Source of the DNA: Octopus sinensis
Taxonomy: Eukaryota
Assembly (NCBI RefSeq): GCF_006345805.1
Contig: NC_043002.1
Location: forward strand, 118,234,001 to 118,298,000
DNA length: 64,000 nt
Reading direction: 5' to 3'
Shown in pieces: positions 25,717 to 39,451 of this stretch. A program made the position numbers and the translations under genes. The notes under the pieces were generated by a model that saw only the letters and a program-made list of their open reading frames with translations, did not search any database and had not been told where the DNA came from. How positions within the stretch are numbered: the first letter of the stretch is position 1; every line of letters starts with the position of its first letter.

Positions 25717-26718
25717 ATTGGCTGTTAGAATATCGAATCATTTTTCCACGTTTCGTGATAACGAAAAGCAACACGCTAAGGGACTAAGTAAATTAGTCTG
25801 GCGTTTGAAGAACGCAAATTCAACTTTTAGACTGGAATGGTCAATTTTATCGGTGTCTTTACCGTTGATAAAGACAAAAAAATCTGTGCCCTTTGTAACT
25901 CGGAACTCTTTCATATTCTGTTCGCCCGAGGGCACCTTGTTAACTTGATTGTGCAAAATTCTTTCAGATGCCCACACTGGAAACGGCATACATTTCTCTC
26001 ATACCAATGAAGTCTAATATAGTTAACCCCTTGATTTCCTAAGAAAATGAAAAAAATTTGAATTAAATTTGTAAGGGGATATCACTCCCCTGTTAGTGTA
26101 AGAACTGCTAGCTGTCTAGGACAGCAGCACTGTAGCCTGCCATGACCATTGTTGACAACCTCCCCTCTCTCTATCAACTGGTTACAGACGAACACACAGA
26201 CACAGTCTTTTCTGTTGCTTGACCATTAATACCAGCTATATCTCTCTCCCTTGCTGCCTTATAAACACACTGCCACACATACATAGACGCACACACACAT
26301 ACATGAAAGCATTTTCTCACACTCAAACACTCATTCTTAAAACAATTCAAATATTAACACCAGTCATACAGAATACATTCACACTCTTTGATTTTCCTGT
26401 ACTCCCCTTCTGTTAACCGGATTTTGACCTTGAATTATCTCAACGGACTTTCTCGTCGGCTTTCACCCAGCCTGGCGTCAACGCATATTGATAGACATTT
26501 TGTGCCATTTATTCCATGGGCTCCTCGTGAGCTTTTGTCGAAAAGCTTGCTGTGCATTTTGTTGGAGAATTAAGTTCCTGGATTTTCCTGAAGAGAAGGC
26601 TGCAAAATGGACTCCTTATTCAATCTGAATTAGGGACTTTGCAGCCTTTGAAACATATGTAGAAAATAATAAAAAGGAATTTTGTTAAATCTTCGTTCAG
26701 CTCCATTTCTTCCTACAC

Positions 26719-26721
<3 letters not shown>
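25717..26721 (+). mobile_element. Penelope-like element tail, copy 2 (tandem duplicate)
   Basis: Near-identical to 24666-25671 at offset 1050-1051; a 1-bp deletion near 25865 (CCGTTTGATA vs CCGTTGATA) frameshifts the ORF remnant. Confidence 0.75.
26582..26667 (+). ncRNA. Type I hammerhead ribozyme in PLE tail (duplicate)
   Basis: Same sequence as 25532-25617, 1050 nt downstream. Confidence 0.85.
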
Positions 26722-26764
<43 letters not shown>

Positions 26765-26768
<4 letters not shown>

Positions 26769-29700
26769 TACTCTGAGGTAGTCAGAGTAAGTAGGTAAGG
26801 TAATCGAGGTAAATCGAGGTAGTCAGAGTAAGCGACAGAGTAATTAAAATTAGATTAGTCCTTCACCACAGGACAGCTACCATCATCTCGGCATATGGCC
26901 CTCAACCAGGGCTACCGGAAGGACAAAAAGACCAATTCTATGACACCCTATTGCGAACTACCTCGTTGACAAATGACAGTGACCGTCTCTTTGTGGCAGG
27001 TGATTTCAATGGACATGTCGGACGGCATGTCGGGGGCTTCCATGGCGTCCATGGAGGCTACGGTTTCGGCTCTCGTAATGAGGAGGGAACCAGGCTGCTG
27101 GAGTTCTGCGATGCAAATGACCTTATGGTCTGCAATACCAACTTCAGGAAACCCACCTCTCACCTAGTCACCTACCGTTCTGGCAGACACACCAGCCAGA
27201 TTGACTACATCCTTGCCAGAAAAAGGGAAAGAGGGCTGATTATAAATGCCAAAACCTTTCCAGGCGAAGAATGCACTCCTTAACATAGATTAGTAGTTAG
27301 CGACTTCAGGATCAGAGCTAAATGGTTGCCCAGAAGAAGACCTGCTTGGAGGAGAAGGGTCTGGAAGCTTAAAGATCCTGCAAATGGACAGAGATTTAGA
27401 GACATACTACTTGAAGCCTTTGACGAAATAGAAGGGGATATACCTTCACTTAATGTGGAAGACAACTGGAGATTTCTACGGGACAATCTGCTGACAGCCA
27501 CTGACCAGATCTGTGGATGGAGCAAAGTACCATCTCAACCCAGAGTAACATGGTGGTGGAACAATATTGTTGACAGGGCTATTAGATAAAAGAGACAGGC
27601 TTGGAAGGACTGGAAGAACGGTGGTAGCAGGGAATTGTATCAGACAGCCAGAAGGGAAGCTAGGAGACAGGTTTATTTAGCCAGAGGGGAAGCGGATAAG
27701 AAAAAGTTTGCCAATGTTCTGCGCCGTGAGGATGAAAGACTTGAGGTATTTCATGTTGCAAGACAGTGTGTGAGAGAGAATCATGATGTGGTAGGAGAGA
27801 AGTGTGTTCGCATGGATGATGGTTCACTTGCGCTAAATGAGGATGCAAAGAGAGAGGCTTGGAGATGCCACTATGAAAGGTTGCTGAATAAAGAAAATGA
27901 ATGGGATAAAGAGAGTCTGCCGAATGTTGACCCAACAGAGGGACCAGCTATCCGAGTTGATAGTTCCGTGGTAGCTAAGGCAATTAGAAGCATGAAGACT
28001 AGGAAAGCCCCAGGCCCATCAGGAATTACTGCAGAGATGCTCAAAATATCTGGTAGTGTCGGCTATAACCTAGTCACCCGTATAGTCAACCAGGTGATAC
28101 ACGAAGGAGTCATACCCAATGACTGGTGTAGCAGCATACTAGTCAACTGCTACAAAGGTAAAGGTGATGCCCTAGATACAAATAATTACAGAGGTATCAA
28201 GCTGTTGGATCAGGTAATGAAGGTTACGGAGAGGGTCATAGCCCAACTAATTAGAGAGAGAGTTAGTTTAGATGAGATGCAGTTTGGGTTCGTGCCAGGG
28301 AAAAGCACCACTGATGCTATATTCCTGGTAAGGCAGCTGCAGGAGAAATACCTAGCCAAAGATAAGCCCCTGTACCTGGCTTTCGTTGACATGGAGAAAG
28401 CCTTTGATAGAGTCCCCCAATCCCTCATCTGGTGGTCAATGAGGAAACTAGGGATAGATGAATGGCTGGTGAGGGCTGTGCAAGCCATGTACAGAGATGC
28501 CGTAAGCAAGGTTAGGGTTGGCAACGAGTACAGTGAAGAATTCAAAGTAGAGGTAGGGGTCCACCAAGGCTCAGTCCTCAGCCCCCTCCTATTTATCATA
28601 GTCCTCCAGGCAATAACGGAGGAATTCAAGACAGGATGCCCCTGGGAGCTCCTCTATGCTGACGACCTCGCTCTAATTGCTGAGTCACTATCAGAACTGG
28701 AGGAGAAGTTCCAGGTGTGGAAGCAAGGATTAGAATCGAGGGGCCTTAGAGTCAACCTAGCTAAAACCAAAGTACTAATAAGTAGAAAGGTAGGCAATCC
28801 ACAAATGTCCTCAGGAAGATGGCCCTGCTCGATCTGTAGAAAAGGTGTAGGTAGAAACTCTATAAGATGTACCCAGTGTAAGCTATGGACACATAAGAGG
28901 AGCAGCAATGTCAAAGGTAGGCTAACTGGGAAGATAGTTTTTGTATGTGGCAGATGCTCGGGAGCATTAACCTCCGAAAATCTGCAGAAAACAACTTCCG
29001 TCACTTTCCAGGGGGAAAAACTAGAAGTAGTTGATAGCTTCCGTTATCTAGGTGACCAAGTCAGTAGTGGGGGTGGGTGCGCTGAAAGTGTAACTGCTAG
29101 AATAAGAATAGCCTGGGCAAAGTTTAGGGAGCTCTTACCTCTGCTGGTGACTAAAGGCCTCTCGCTCAGAGTAAAAGGCAGACTGTATGATGCATGTGTA
29201 CGAACAGCCATGCTACATGGCAGTGAAACATGGGCCGTGACTGCTGAGGACATGCGTAAGCTCGTGAGGAATGAAGCCAGTATGCTCCGATGGATGTGTA
29301 ATGTCAGTGCAGTGTACATACTCGACAAAGCGTTAGTACCTTGAGAGAAATGTTGTACCTAAGAAGCATCAGTTGTGGTGTGCAAGAGAGACGATTGCGC
29401 TGGTATGGTCATGTGGCAAGAATGGATGAAGATAGGTGTGTGAGAAAGTGCCAATCCCTAGCAGTTGAGGGAACCCGTGGAAGAGGTAGACCCAGGAAAA
29501 CCTGGGACGAGGTGGTGAAGCATGACCTTCGAACTTTAGGCCTCACTGAGGAAATGACCAGTGACCGAGACCTTTGGAAATATGCTGTACGTGAGAAGAC
29601 CAGGCAGGACAAGTGAGCCCAGTCCACTTATGAATGCCTTTCCTCCCTTGGACACAAAGACCTGTTGAGGCAAGCGAAGTCGATATAGAACCTCATCCGA

Positions 29701-30115
29701 CGACAGGCACCCATGCCAACCCCCTTTGCTTGCGAAGACATGTTGGGGCAAGCAAAAGCGAAATCGAAATTGAATTGAACCAGCCAGGATCCCTGGTCTG
29801 GTGGTACGTAAAAAGCACTATCCGACTCGTGGCCGAAGCCAGCGCCGCCTCGACTGGTTTCCGTGCCGGTGGCACATAAAATACACCAATCCGACCGTGG
29901 CCGTTGCCAGCCTTGCCTGGCACCTGTGCAGGTGGCACGTAAAAAGCACCCACTACACTCACGGAGTGGTTGGCATTAGGAAGGGCATCCAGCTGTAGAA
30001 ACATTGCCAGATAAGACTGGAGCCTGGTGCAGCCTTCTGGCTTCCCAGATCCCCGGTCGAACTGTCCAACCCATGGTAGCATGGAGAACGGACGTTAAAC
30101 GATGATGATGATGAT
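26765..30115 (+). mobile_element. RTE-clade LINE of the same family, 5'-truncated, with stops and a frameshift
   Basis: APE and RT motifs as in the 20768-24612 copy; stops near 27281 and 27587; a 5-bp duplication (CAGTG) near 29310 shifts the frame; (GAT)n tail at about 30100-30115. Confidence 0.92.
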
Positions 30116-30679
30116 TTATATAAGTATATATAAATGCGTGCTTACATGCATAACACTTAAAACTAGCAATGTTGCTGATGTACTATAACCTAGTGGTTCT
30201 ACAAAATTTATATTGATAAAAAAAAATACCAAACTTAAATCCTTGAAAGTAATTCCCCAGCATGGCTGCAATCCAATAAACAGTAAAAAAAGGGAACGGA
30301 TAAAAATATCAAATATACCAGACTTCATTAAATTTATTAATATTGTAAGTGTAACAATTACTTTATGACATTTACAAATATGCTTGACACAACTTTGTCT
30401 TTAGTGCCACACTCACTCCTTAGCTTTTACATTGTGCTAGTATGTGTGTATACATACATATATATATATATATATAGTAGTTCCTGTGTGTAGTTAGATG
30501 TATGAATATTACTGGTGACATGTGCAAAGCAAACTGCATGTTGTGTTTATCCTATTTTTTCCTCTCACTGTATGTCTATATTTGTGTCTGTGTGTGTGTG
30601 TATGTATAGGTGAAAATGTACAACAATGTTAGAAAATTGTCATAATCTTTTCAGAAAGATTAAGACAAAAACTTTTTAC

Positions 30680-31640
30680 CTTATATTCCAACAGGTTTCG
30701 CTCATCAAGAGCTTATTAAAGGAAAATGAGAAAGTAGCTACAGCAATAGAAATATATAGAGGTGGAACTGTTGTGGGTGGATAGCAAATGAAGTGAAAGG
30801 CTATTATTTTTAAATAGTAAGGTAAGGAGTGTTAAGTCCGGAATTAAATGACAGGTTAAGATGTTTGAAACAAAAGACTGACTCAGAGAAATTGACAGGC
30901 ACCACACAGTAATGGTGATCAAATAGAAAGAGAAGTAGAAGTGAGAGTGTTGAAGTTGGGAAAAGACTGAGGGTGTCAGTTGAAAAGATAAGGAGGAGTT
31001 AGTTGAATTTTGACTCTTGGCAGATTGTATATATTTAACTGCTTAATGTGATCATCTAGCACAAGATAGAAAGAAGGGCATGTAGAGAAGTTTTTAAAAA
31101 ATGAATATTCTTTATATGATATACAAAAACACACATTCATAGATTAGTGATATATTGTATATATCTAACTAGTATGTGAATATATATGAGCCTACAAGTA
31201 TGTTGGTGCTCTATCTGTTGTCATTTACAGAAATCATTAGTCAGCCATTCAAATGGAGTTTATATTTCATAATAAATTGTCTTTGGTCATCTGTTGTTAC
31301 TCCATGGCTGAGTTTGAGCATTTGTAAGGCAATTCCATTCTAGCACATAGTCACTTAATGGATTTTAAAACATTTTTCAGTACTTATCTCTTGTTTATAT
31401 ACCTTCATTCTTCTGTGTAGTGATAAGCAAGTCTGTCCAATACGGTTTTCCAAACATCAACATGTCATGGCATAACAAATTTTGGAAACTGCACGTGAAG
31501 TTGTCTATTATTGTAAATTTCTTGTTCATCCTTAAGTTTGAATTTCAAGTCCTCAGTTAAATACAGACACAAAACAGTTTGTTCTAACACATTTAGTAAC
31601 CATGGGGTTAAGAACTCCATCATTGAAAACCTTTGCCCAA
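30680..31640 (-). mobile_element. Decayed Penelope-like element 3' end (GIY-YIG + 3' region)
   Basis: Minus-strand frames give KKFTIIDNFTCSFQNL, CLENRIGQTCLSLHRRMKVYKQEI and FIMKYKLHLN, followed by a pyrimidine-rich tract and a degenerate hammerhead at 30686-30724. Confidence 0.65.
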
Positions 31641-31685
31641 GTTGGAATGTTTTTCCAAGTCTTTAGACTGTTTTTGCTCTTAATT

Positions 31686-31882
31686 TACTCTTTTACTTGT
31701 TTCAGTCATTTGACTGTGGCCATGCTGGAGCAAATCGACCCCAGAGCTTATTCTTTGTAAGCCTAGTACTTATTCTATCAGTCTCTTTTACCGAACCGCT
31801 AAGTTACCGGGATGTAAATACACCAGCATCTGTTGTCAAGCGATGTGGGGGAGGGGAGACAAACGGACACACAAACATACAG

Positions 31883-31923
<41 letters not shown>

Positions 31924-32084
31924 ATAAGCTTCTTTCAGTTTCCATCTACCAAATCCACTCACAAGGCTTTGGTCAGCCGGAGGCTATAGTAGAAGACATT
32001 TGCCCAAGATGCCACGCAGTGAGACTGAACTGGGACCATGTGGTTGGTAAGCAAGCTACTTACCACACAGCCACTCCTGCACCT
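31686..32084 (-). mobile_element. tRNA-derived SINE, same family
   Basis: Full-length similarity to 17413-17807. Confidence 0.75.
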
Positions 32085-33579
32085 ATTTGTTGATTTTCTA
32101 GAATTTATTTCAATTTCTGATGAAGTGGAATAAGCAAGCTACTTCGTATGTATCTTTAAAAACTCTTAATATGATGTAATTCATTCGTATTTTCATATCA
32201 GAGAAAAGTTTGTATAGCTAGACTTGAACCCACACTCCCAATGAATGAAGTATAATAAAAAGCCACCCCACTGAGCAGTGAATTCTCCAAAAACTAAAAA
32301 TAAGCACTCAAGAATGCAAATACAGGCAAAATTATGTGGTTAAAAAGCAAAGGATAGTATCTCGGATAAGAGTGTTCGTTTATGACCTCAAATTCATTAA
32401 TGCCTTGAGTGAAATTTGGGAGTTTAGGATGAAATCAATTTCATCTCGCTTCTATGATTTCAGATCAGCCCTCAAATCCTGAGCTACATCTTATGCTGCC
32501 ATACGTCATCTTTAAAACCTTCTCATATCTACTGTCAAGACCCACCTCCACCACCATTCACTATGTCCACCCCTTTATACTTCCGAATACCTTCACTATT
32601 ATTGAATATCTCTTTCTTCTACACTCTTCCACCCTGGACATCACCTCCCTATGTTTGAGTTACCTACAGGTTTTTTTATACTACTGCCCCCCCACCCTTC
32701 TACTTGTCACCTCCTTCTCAAAATTGATATTTACCATGGACCCCGCTTACACCCTTGTTCATCATTTACTACATTCACCTCTAGCCCCATCTCTAAGCAT
32801 CTATCACTCTCCTCTTACACCTTTATGGACTTAACCACCCAGCCTTTCAAATACTCTGACCATATTCTCGCTTACAGTCACCTCCTTGTACCTTGAGTTT
32901 ATGATGACATCATACCATCACAATCTTCACTACCATCTTAATCTTGCTTTCCAGCTACTCAGTTACCCTTATATAATGTTGGATAACAACATATCAGCTC
33001 TACAGTAAGCCATCTATGCTTCTCCTCTATCATACCTTCACCTATCAACACCAGGCATAATGTCACCTCCCTCTTTACAACCCTACCCCCACTCAGTTGA
33101 AGGATGCTTCTTTTTTTTTTTTTTGACTTGCAAGTTATTTGGTGAACTAGTATTAGGAAGGGCATCCAGCTGTAGAAATCGTGCTGAAGCAGACAGTGAA
33201 ACCCAATAGTCCATCTTGTAGAATCTTGTCAAACCATTTAACCATGCCAGTAGGGAAAATGGACATTAAATGATAATGTCTGTGTGCATTTTACACACAC
33301 ATACATATTAAACTTTTACACCTCTCCTTGTAAAAGTTTAATAAACATGTGCTGTATTGAAAAAAGTATTGAGTACTTCTTTGGTTTAATGTTTTTTTTA
33401 TATATAACTTGACTTAAAAGCAAACAATATAAGAACCTGGTATCTTCAGGAAAATGGCCTTGCTACAATATAAAGAAAATCAGTGGGTATAATCTCCATA
33501 TGCTGTACCCAATATAACCTTAAGACACACTAGAAATATAGTGGAACCACTGGCAAACTAAGAGGGAATGTAAGCTTTG

Positions 33580-34080
33580 TATATCATAGATACATTGGAG
33601 CAGTGTATGCCATAAGCACCAGTAACAGATTCTCTTACATGCCTGGATGACTCACAAGAATTAGTTGATAGCTTTCGCTGTTGAGATGTAATTAGTAAGA
33701 AAGGTGGTTGTTTGGAATGTATAGTAACAAGAATAAGAAAAAATTGGGGAAAGTTCAGTGAGTTACGACTGCTGTTGGCAACAAAGGTGTTTTCTCTTAG
33801 AGTGAATGCTGCACGGTAATGAGAAATGGGTTTCAAATGCAAAGTACGTGAGAAGACTGGAAAGAAATGAAGCTTGCACACTCTATCAAATGTGTAAGTG
33901 TGCATGAATGATAGTACAAACGTGTTGAGAGAAAATCTTGGCATAAGAGGAATCACATGTAGTATGCAAGAAAAGACTTCATGGTATGGACAAGTAATGC
34001 ATATGGATAAGGACAGCAGTAGAAAGATGTGCTGATCCCTTAATGAGGATGGAATGGTGGATGCTGATCTCAGAAATTTG
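33580..34080 (+). mobile_element. Heavily decayed RTE fragment
   Basis: Degenerate match to the post-RT region of the 27635 family (ELVDSFR, GKFSEL, RNEA). Confidence 0.55.
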
Positions 34081-34329
34081 AATCTCATGGTGAAGATGAT
34101 AAAGGACCACAGTGACAGCAATGTCAGTGCTACCAACTGTTTACCTGTTAATTTATTTGAGTTACTTTTCTTAGCTTTAACAAAAGATAGGCAGGCATCA
34201 GAATTGGATTAAACTCGATAAAATTCTTTTCTTTTGTTCTTTTAACTTCACTTGAGTAATACAAAGTTTGCAAAATGGAAATATGACCAAAAAAAAAAAA
34301 AATTTACTGAAACATGTTTCCAAATGATC

Positions 34330-34612
34330 ATTTAATGGGGTCCCTAATATGCTGCCAGTGTATTTGTGTGTCCTCTAATGAGGAATTTCCAGTCTGGCTA
34401 ATATATATTTCTTCATGATTTGGGCATTTGATACAGTATATTGGATTTCTGCTTGCACTTGTAAATATTTTCCTGATGGTTTTTGTGTGGATATAATGAC
34501 CAGCATGTGCACATTGACACACACACCACAATGATTGTCATTGCACTCAGATACTGTGAAGTGTTCTCACTGTTTACATCAAACTTTGTCTTTGCCAACA
34601 AATGAGTTTTTG
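34330..34612 (-). mobile_element. Decayed PLE GIY-YIG fragment
   Basis: FTSASRNPIYCIKCPNHEEIYISQTG..HWQHIRDP matches the IY-x-I-x-C..YIGQT pattern of PLE endonucleases. Confidence 0.65.
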
Positions 34613-36494
34613 GGTTGTTTGCTTTCAACAAGAATTCTATTTTCTTTTATTTCCTTTACTTGTTTCAATCATTGGACTGCAGTCATGCTGAGGCACTGCC
34701 TTGAAGAATTTTTAGCGAAATGAATCAACCCCAGTACTTATCTTATTTCTGTTAAGTCTAGTACATATTCTATTTGTTTCTTTTGCTGAACCACTAAGTT
34801 AAAGGGAATGTAAACACACCAACACCAGTTGTCAAGCAGTAGTGGGGGGCAAACAGATACAAAGACACACATATATACACAATGGGCTTCTTTCAATTTC
34901 CATTCACCAAATCCACTCACAAGGCTTTAGTTGGTCTGAGGCTATAGTAGAAAACCCTTATCCAAGGTGCCACACAGTAGCACTGAACCCGGAACCATGC
35001 CTCTTACCACAGAGTCATGACTTGATGACACAAAAAAAAAAAAATACTATAATTAAATGGATATATATCACTACAAGTACTATAAATACTATAGGTATTT
35101 GTTTTGTAAGTTCTATACTATTTTGTTTAAGTAAAGGCAGATATTTTTGTCTGAATGAAAATCCTTTTTGTTTTGGGAATCATTCTTGTGTGACATTTAC
35201 ATCATCAACAATAGTACAAATTTATCTAGCTAGACAGTATGAATGTTATGCTTTATGATAGGTGATATGATCTGAAGATCAGGTATTGATGTATCTTTAT
35301 AATTTATAAGTTGTGATATTATTATCATCACTATTTTGAGAAATGGTCATTTTGTGATGCTTGTCCAAATTAGAAAACAATGAGCAAAAAAGAAAGAAAA
35401 TCTGCCTTCTAAACACAATACCATACTTTTCTTCTGCTTTTTTTGATATAGTTTTGTTTTGAGAATCTCATTACCGAGTTTGCATATACTAGAGCAAATC
35501 TGATTACCATAAGTCACTCTGTTGTTTCTGCTAAATATTTATAAATATATATATATCTGTATGTATGTATGTATGTATATATGTTTCAATTACTAAGGCA
35601 CTAAGCCTACTAGGATGTTGTGTATATGATCATAAGACTAGGGGTTCAATTCCTAAGACCCAACAGTGCATTGTGTCCTTGAGAAAGGCACATCATTTCA
35701 CAGTGCTCCAATCAAAGCTGCTCAAAATGAATACCAGCCAACAACTGGTGTAGCCCTTAATGTTCAACTGAGTGAAGGTTGAGAGGCCTGAGGGAGTGTC
35801 TATGTCTGCTCATGAGTACATAAGAACCAAAACCAATTAGCAAGAGAAAAAAAAACAACAATCATCACTCACAAGTGAGTCTAACTTAGTAGTATGTACC
35901 ATGTTTGTGCAAATTGTTTTAGGTGTATATGTAGTTATGAGCAGATATGTATTACATATACATTTGTAATATCATTCTATTACTCACTGGATTGCAGCCA
36001 TGCTGGGATACTACTTTGAATGATTTAGTTGACCAAACTGGCCCCAATTTTTAAGTTTGGTGCTTGTTTAATTGGCCTCTTTTTGCCAAACCAATAAATT
36101 ACAAGGACATGTACAAAATGATATCAGTTGTGAAGCAATGAGGAACAAACACAAAGAATGGCACACACATGAGTTTCTGGTTACAACCCCAGGTTGACTA
36201 TGAAGCTTTGGTCAACTCAGGGCCATACCAAAAGGCATTTGCCCAAAGTGTCACACATTGGCACTGAACCCAAAACTACAGGGTTGCAAAGAAATATATA
36301 TTCATATATCATCATCATCAAATTAATGTCCACTTTTTCTGATTTCAACTCTCACCTGTTTCCAAGCAAAGCAATATTTTCCCATATGGTTGAACATATT
36401 TTCATGGAAGATTGGAAATAAATGACAAAATTTGTTTACAACTATGGCATGACATCAAAACAAAGAGACACATATATACAACAGTTTTCTTTCA

Positions 36495-36905
36495 GTTTCT
36501 TATTTCTTTATTGCCCACAAAGGGCTAAACACAGAGGGGACAAACAAGGACAGACAAAGGGATTAAGTCGATTACATCAACCCCACTGCATAACTGGTAC
36601 TTAATTTATCGACCCTGAAAGGATGAAAGGCAAAGCTGACCTCGGCGGAATTTGAACTCAGAACACAAAGACAGACAAAATACCTATTTCTTTACTACCC
36701 ACAAGGGGCTAAACACAGAGAGGACAAACAAGGACAGACAAACGGATTAAGTCGATTATATCTACCCAGTGCGTAACTGGTACTTATTTAATCGATCCCG
36801 AAAGGATGAAAGGAAAAATCGACCTCGGCAGAATTTGAACTCAGAACGTAGTGGCAGACGAAATACCGCTAAGCATTTCGCCTGGAGTGCTAACGTTTCT
36901 GCCAG
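36495..36905 (-). mobile_element. Third SINE-like family, partial tandem duplication (~185-bp period)
   Basis: CCCACAAGGGCTAAACACAGAG..GGATGAAAGG..GACCTCGGC..GAATTTGAACTCAGAAC occurs twice. Confidence 0.6.
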
Positions 36906-37071
36906 CTTGCTGCCTTCTTTCAATTTCTGCCTACCAAATACACTCACAAGGCTCTGATGCAACAGTAGAAGACACTTGCACAAGGTACCATAAAGTAGGA
37001 CTGAACCCAAAACTATGTAGCTGAGAACTTCTTAACCATACAGTCATACCTATGCCCAAATATGCTGGTAA

Positions 37072-37104
<33 letters not shown>

Positions 37105-39451
37105 ATACTTAATAAGAATTTAACTCAGCTCTACATTACTTGAAGTTTCAAGGGTGTAGAACACATACACATCATCATTAGGCAGAGTGAGGAGAGTATT
37201 ATTCTCCTGTGTGTGTGAAAGAGAGAACAATAAAACCAGTATTAAATTAAAGTAGATATCTATGTATTGTACTTGATATAAATACATCTATTGGACAGCA
37301 AATTATTGTGGTATTCGTCTAGAGATAACATCGCTTATGGACGTATTGTGTATAAATATATATATATGAGGGGAGAGGAAAATCATCTAGCAGGGGCTAC
37401 CGAGAAATCAGATGCATTTCGGCCTTGTTGAGCTTAATCAATGGCCAGCCACACAGTGCCCAGATAAAATCTAGGCACTGTAAAACTCAAATTTTAAATG
37501 AATTTCAACTCGACGCTCCAAGATTCGTTCTTGTATTTTCAAAACCAGTCCTTTTGACAATTAAATGACATGTAACCTAGTATTTTGACCAGATTTGTAC
37601 ATTGTTCTATACAGTGCCAAATAACGAGTTACGAACTAGCAACCTTCCAACCTCGAGACCAACCAACTCAACCCATTGTGAATCAGTGTTAATCAGCTGA
37701 TAAAGCTCTTTTAACTTACTAAATACTGAAAACGCCTCATTCGACAATATACATTTAGTCATCTAACGGAATACGTAGATTCTCTGTATTTTTACAAACT
37801 TTTAAAATTAACATCTCATTTTATTTAAATTCTAGGGAGCCTTGCAAAGTAGACAAGCTTTTCATCGTAAAAACAGCCAAACCACACAATAACATCAAAA
37901 ATAAAATTATCTTCTGTACCATAAATATACGCAACAATCTCAAACACCTTAAAATCATACAAATACTGTGTTTGTGTTTGATTTTCTTTTGGGCTCACAT
38001 CAAGAATGTTCACCGTTTATTGCACGTCCGTGCTGACACGAGCGGAAACATTGACAAAAGACATCCCAGTCGTGACCAGCCCATTTTTAGCGACACCGAG
38101 TACTTCATTCAATGCGTCGTTTTTTTTCCTTTTTTTTTTTCGCTTTTTATTTTATTTTTAATTAATTTTTTGGAAGCGGAAGATCAGAGTATGAGTTCAG
38201 CGAGGGCTGGCTGTTATTACTAGCAGATCGAGCGATCATATAGTCTTTGTCGTGTACTGTATATGGCAGTAAAAATACAACCTTACCTCTCGAAAATCTA
38301 AGTATGAATTGAAATATATATACATTGTTATACATACATACGCGCGTGTAATTTGGAAGTGCACAGAAATGTGAAGGTTATCACATTTTGTAGTTTTTTA
38401 ACTTTTAAACGGGTAAAAGTTTATAATTCTTATTTATCTAATTCCATGTATTTTAATTTCCCTTTCATTCAAAGAAGAAGAAAAACTATTTAGAAATATT
38501 ACAATCCTGAAACTATATTTTAACATATGAAATAAAATTTGGCACTTAATACAAAAGAAGACTATGTCCACCTTTATAAAGTGTAAAAATAAAACTAAAA
38601 CTTGTAAATATTTCCTTATTTCTTTCAGCAACAATTAAAAATTACTTTTGACAGTTGTTGTTTAGCCCCAAGTCAGCGCAGGTGGAGAAGACCGAGACCT
38701 ATGATCCGAAATGGTCGGGTTCGATGTGAAGGTAGGAAGGACCGAGAGAATTAGAAGAGTTTCTGACATTTCGAATACATTGGCAACTTGTGAGGTGAAG
38801 AAGGGGCGTCTTCTACTTTCCAACAGACTCTTTTAAAAGACAACCAGCCTAAAATAATGACGCCCAATTATGTTTGTATTTGTATGTCAAGTAAATTAAA
38901 AAAGGATCGGTCTGCTTTAATAAAGCAGAGATGGTTGGTAATGAGAAGTCTGTGGACGATCGTGGTGAGGTTTCCGTTAAAACCCAGACGCTCGCAAAAA
39001 AAGGAAAACAACAACACTTTTATTCTTTGCACTCACTCAATCAATGCAGCAGGTGTAAAATGGGATGATTCACACCTGAAAAGTGATGTAAGGACTTTTA
39101 ATAAATAAATTGTAACACCACCACCACCACCACAGTAATAAAACATTGCTCTGAGAAAACTATTAAAAAGAAACTATTTAATGGTTATTACTTGCTGAAA
39201 GCTAAGTATACTCGGTTAAATTATATTTAAGTTGAGGTGTGAACAAAAAAGAAAGAAGAAGTGGAAGATGAACCACGAAATATTATCAACAACAAAAAAA
39301 AGGACATAACACTTGCACAGCTTCTTATTAAAAATAGAGAAGAATAGAAAACATCGTCCCCTCTTCACACTGAGCTATTTCTTCTTCTCGTTCTATTCCT
39401 TCTTGGCTATTTCTTCTTCTATTCCTAAGAGAGACCAAAAGCTCGACTCAC

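Noticed and set aside
37395-37470. Minus-strand GGCC..GGCC-GAAA-UGCA-UC motif
   Set aside because: No CUGANGA box upstream and only 2 bp of stem I.
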